Shown: piece after piece, positions 61,537 through 64,000 of the stretch
How the letters are laid out: each line of letters begins with the position of its first letter
Numbering within the stretch: position 1 is the first letter of the stretch
DNA from: a virus
DNA length: 64,000 nucleotides
Strand: one strand, 5' to 3'
Virus record (IMG/VR): IMGVR_UViG_3300045988_173694
Notes under the pieces: generated by a model
Databases searched by the model: none
The model's input: only the letters and a program-made list of their open reading frames with translations
What the model was told of the DNA's origin: nothing
Translations under genes and position numbers: made by a program

Positions 61537-64000
61537 CTATTTATTCTTCATAAACCGATTAGCCTTATTCAGGCTATCATGCAGTCCGTCACGACCGTAC
61601 ATGTTAATCTGGGCGTTGATAGGCTGATTGAGGCGCTGAATGAGCGCATTCACAGCTTGCAGGAGCGCCGCATTGCTTGCTGCGCTGGCTGCAATCAGGT
61701 CGCCTGCCGCTGACGCGCCAGACGAAAGATTACCATTGCCTGCTTGCGTGCCTGCTGCAAGAACATCACCCACGTTGCCATTATCAAATGCCCTTCTTGC
61801 TGAGTTTCTTCCGGAATAGTTGCGGTCGTAGTTGACGAGTGCTTTCAGCAAGCCAGGGTTATTCATCATCATGGCATGAGTGGTTTCACGGCCAATCACG
61901 ATTTCCGGTCCCTTCTCAGCAACGAGAGACGGCTGCCCGTTCACAGAGGTAGCGGTAGGTGTCGTGAGCATCTTCACGCCCTGCATCTGCTTGCCATCAT
62001 CCTCCTTTGCCCAATATACCTCGCCATTATCAGCCACAAATGGCTTCAAATCCTGCACGTTACCGCTATCGTAGGTAAGCATACCGGTTACGAGCTTGGT
62101 ATTGGAGGAAGAGGTATTTTTACTCTTTCCACCGCTTCCGATCTTACCGATAGCGAAGTTAAGTAATCCCATCAGGATAGCCATCATAGCGCTGTAGGCG
62201 ATTGGTCCGGCAATAGGACCCAAAGTACTGACACACCAGCCAAAGATACCGGCAGAACGGAGAGATGCCATTACTTGCTGGTGAACACCTTCCATTTCCT
62301 CTTCTGACAGATGAGTAGCTTGCTGCGCTCCGAGAATTGCGGTGCCTGTGGCGATTTCAGCGCCAACCTTTGCGGTACCAAATGCCTGCTGCATCAAAAG
62401 CAACTCCGTGTAATGTGCCGTTGTCTGCGCGCGGTCAATCTGCTGCTGACTGATCATCTGCAGGGAACTTGTGGCAAACTGCTTAATCATTTGCTTCAAT
62501 GCCGTTCTGAGTGCCTTGCGGCCTTCTGCTGCATTCTCAGTCATGGTAGCGAAAGCATCGCCTACCGACTCTCCAAACGTTTGCAGCGGACCCATAAACG
62601 TAAGGAGAGAGTTATACTGACTGAACGTATCAGACGTGAGCTTCTGCACATAGCTAGCCTGCTCCGACATGATGTTCTTTCGGGCTTCAGCAAGCTGCTG
62701 CTCGGTAGCCTGATGCTCTTCGAGGAATGCGTAATAGGTTTCTGCATACTCCATGCGCATCTTCATCATTTCCAGTTCAGGGTCGGTAGCAGATATGGAT
62801 TGCATACCCATCATCTGAGCGGTGGTACGATAATTGCCGGCAATAGACACTTCCTGCTGCATACCAGGCAAACGTTGCTGATATTCCTTATCTACAGCAG
62901 TCTGCGACCAGGAATAATCAATCAGCTTCTTGCGTTCATCATCACGCTTCTTGCTTGCAGCATCATATTCGTCATTATATTTAATCAGTTCGACATACAA
63001 AGCCTTCAACTGCTGTGCCGTGAGCTTGGTGAAATCGAAACCGTTATTAGCTACGGAAAGGAAGCCTAAGAATCCCTTCTGGAAATCTTCACTTTCTGGA
63101 TTCAGCCTATACAACTCGACGATGGCGCTGCGAGCCTTCGATGTAAGACTATCGAAGGCATCATTCATCTTCTGAAGACCTTCCTCGGTAGCCGCATCTA
63201 CTCCACTCGCTGGGCGAAGGAATCCGAGCTTGTCGAAATCACTGCGGGTAGATCGGTCAACTGCGCCCGTATAGTCGTGCTCATTGAGTATCTTCTGAAT
63301 TTCCCGCTGCTGGGCAAGGAGTTTTTCTGCTGCCTCACGCAACTCCTGGGAACCGTTGGCAAAGATTTGATCAAGAAGGGCACCCAGGTTCTCTGAGAGC
63401 GTCTTATTGTTCTCTCGTGATAAATCACCCGATAGCTTTTGGAAAAGATCGTGCAGCTCACTAATATCCGATTTGCCGATAGACTCCAACAAGGACTTGG
63501 AAGTTTCATCTTTATAGATAAGCACATCCTCATCCATGTGAGAGAAAAACTTCTTAAAATCATCACTCATCGTTGCGATAGACTTACGAGCCGTACCGAG
63601 TGCCGTCTTCGTCTTAGCGTCGAGAAGAGCAAGCATCTGCTGCTGTTGTCCCTCGCTTACCTTTTCACCATCAGCATTCATCTGCGTTACCCATTCCAGG
63701 TACTTGCGTTTCTGCTCCTCATAGAAAGCCTTGATGTTTGCGATAAGGGCATTTGTACGAGTCTTTGCTTTCTGCTCCTCCTGCTTGGCAGTGTTATCGG
63801 TTTTCGGGGTATTCTTACCACCACCACCGGAATTGCCTTTACCGCCACCACCTCCACCAAGGTCTTCATTTGCGGCAGCATCTATAGCCTTCAGATAATC
63901 ACTGATCTCATCCTGAGCACCAGCAAACTTATTTTTGATGCCAGCGAAGACATTATTAGCAGAACGAGCCTGACGGATATAGCGAAGCGCACTGAAAAGG
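61537..64000 (-). CDS. Tape-measure-like protein (5' end outside the window)
   Basis: The frame stays open to the window edge (hand-translated ...GGGGGGKGNSGGGGKNTPKTDNTAKQEEQKAK...WVTQMNADGEK). Long helical protein with hydrophobic segments GIFGWCVSTLGPIAGPIAYSAMMAILMGLLNFAIG. Confidence 0.55.
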   Translation of the reverse strand, partial: LFSALRYIRQARSANNVFAGIKNKFAGAQDEISDYLKAIDAAANEDLGGGGGGKGNSGGGGKNTPKTDNTAKQEEQKAKTRTNALIANIKAFYEEQKRKYLEWVTQMNADGEKVSEGQQQQMLALLDAKTKTALGTARKSIATMSDDFKKFFSHMDEDVLIYKDETSKSLLESIGKSDISELHDLFQKLSGDLSRENNKTLSENLGALLDQIFANGSQELREAAEKLLAQQREIQKILNEHDYTGAVDRSTRSDFDKLGFLRPASGVDAATEEGLQKMNDAFDSLTSKARSAIVELYRLNPESEDFQKGFLGFLSVANNGFDFTKLTAQQLKALYVELIKYNDEYDAASKKRDDERKKLIDYSWSQTAVDKEYQQRLPGMQQEVSIAGNYRTTAQMMGMQSISATDPELEMMKMRMEYAETYYAFLEEHQATEQQLAEARKNIMSEQASYVQKLTSDTFSQYNSLLTFMGPLQTFGESVGDAFATMTENAAEGRKALRTALKQMIKQFATSSLQMISQQQIDRAQTTAHYTELLLMQQAFGTAKVGAEIATGTAILGAQQATHLSEEEMEGVHQQVMASLRSAGIFGWCVSTLGPIAGPIAYSAMMAILMGLLNFAIGKIGSGGKSKNTSSSNTKLVTGMLTYDSGNVQDLKPFVADNGEVYWAKEDDGKQMQGVKMLTTPTATSVNGQPSLVAEKGPEIVIGRETTHAMMMNNPGLLKALVNYDRNYSGRNSARRAFDNGNVGDVLAAGTQAGNGNLSSGASAAGDLIAASAASNAALLQAVNALIQRLNQPINAQINMYGRDGLHDSLNKANRFMKNK

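Noticed and set aside
1-64000. Integrase, transposase, terminase, tRNA and rRNA genes
   Set aside because: None could be recognised by motif inspection in any ORF or intergenic region of this window. Absence cannot be proven without profile searches, and these genes may lie outside the window.

Overview
This window looks like most of a Bacteroidota (Prevotella-like) tailed-phage genome that also carries a plasmid-type maintenance module, so it may be a phage-plasmid. The host call rests on TTTG-N20-TAnnTTTG promoters and lipoprotein signal peptides. All calls come from reading motifs by eye; no homology search was run. Nearly all genes are on the minus strand.

**Layout, in minus-strand transcription order:**
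- 61.5-64 kb: partial tape-measure-like gene.
- 60.7-61.5 kb: 850-nt noncoding repeat hub.
- 57.3-60.6 kb: primase-like, guanylate-kinase-like and ThyX-like genes.
- 50.7-54.5 kb: S49 protease/scaffold, major capsid candidate and one further virion gene.
- 49.5-50.4 kb: LysR moron.
- 46.6-49.3 kb: lysis region with a GH108 endolysin.
- 41-46.5 kb: SSB-like gene, circularly permuted C5 methyltransferase and a chain of micro-ORFs.
- 25.7-41 kb: portal-like, baseplate and fibre genes, with a ketosynthase + acyl-carrier-protein pair embedded at 31.4-33 kb.
- 22.4-25.6 kb: complete diversity-generating retroelement (DGR: target gene, VR, TR and reverse transcriptase) with no Avd ORF.
- 5-16.7 kb: about 22 small genes in two cassette arrays, each array with its own conserved pre-start element.
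- 16.9-17.3 kb: 41-bp x9 tandem array next to an XRE regulator.
- 0.1-4 kb: Rep_3-like initiator with 22-bp iterons, ParA, a ParG-like protein and a GTAC 8-mer centromere-like array.

Three families of interspersed palindromic or hairpin elements populate the intergenic regions. No integrase, terminase, tRNA, rRNA or CRISPR array was recognised.
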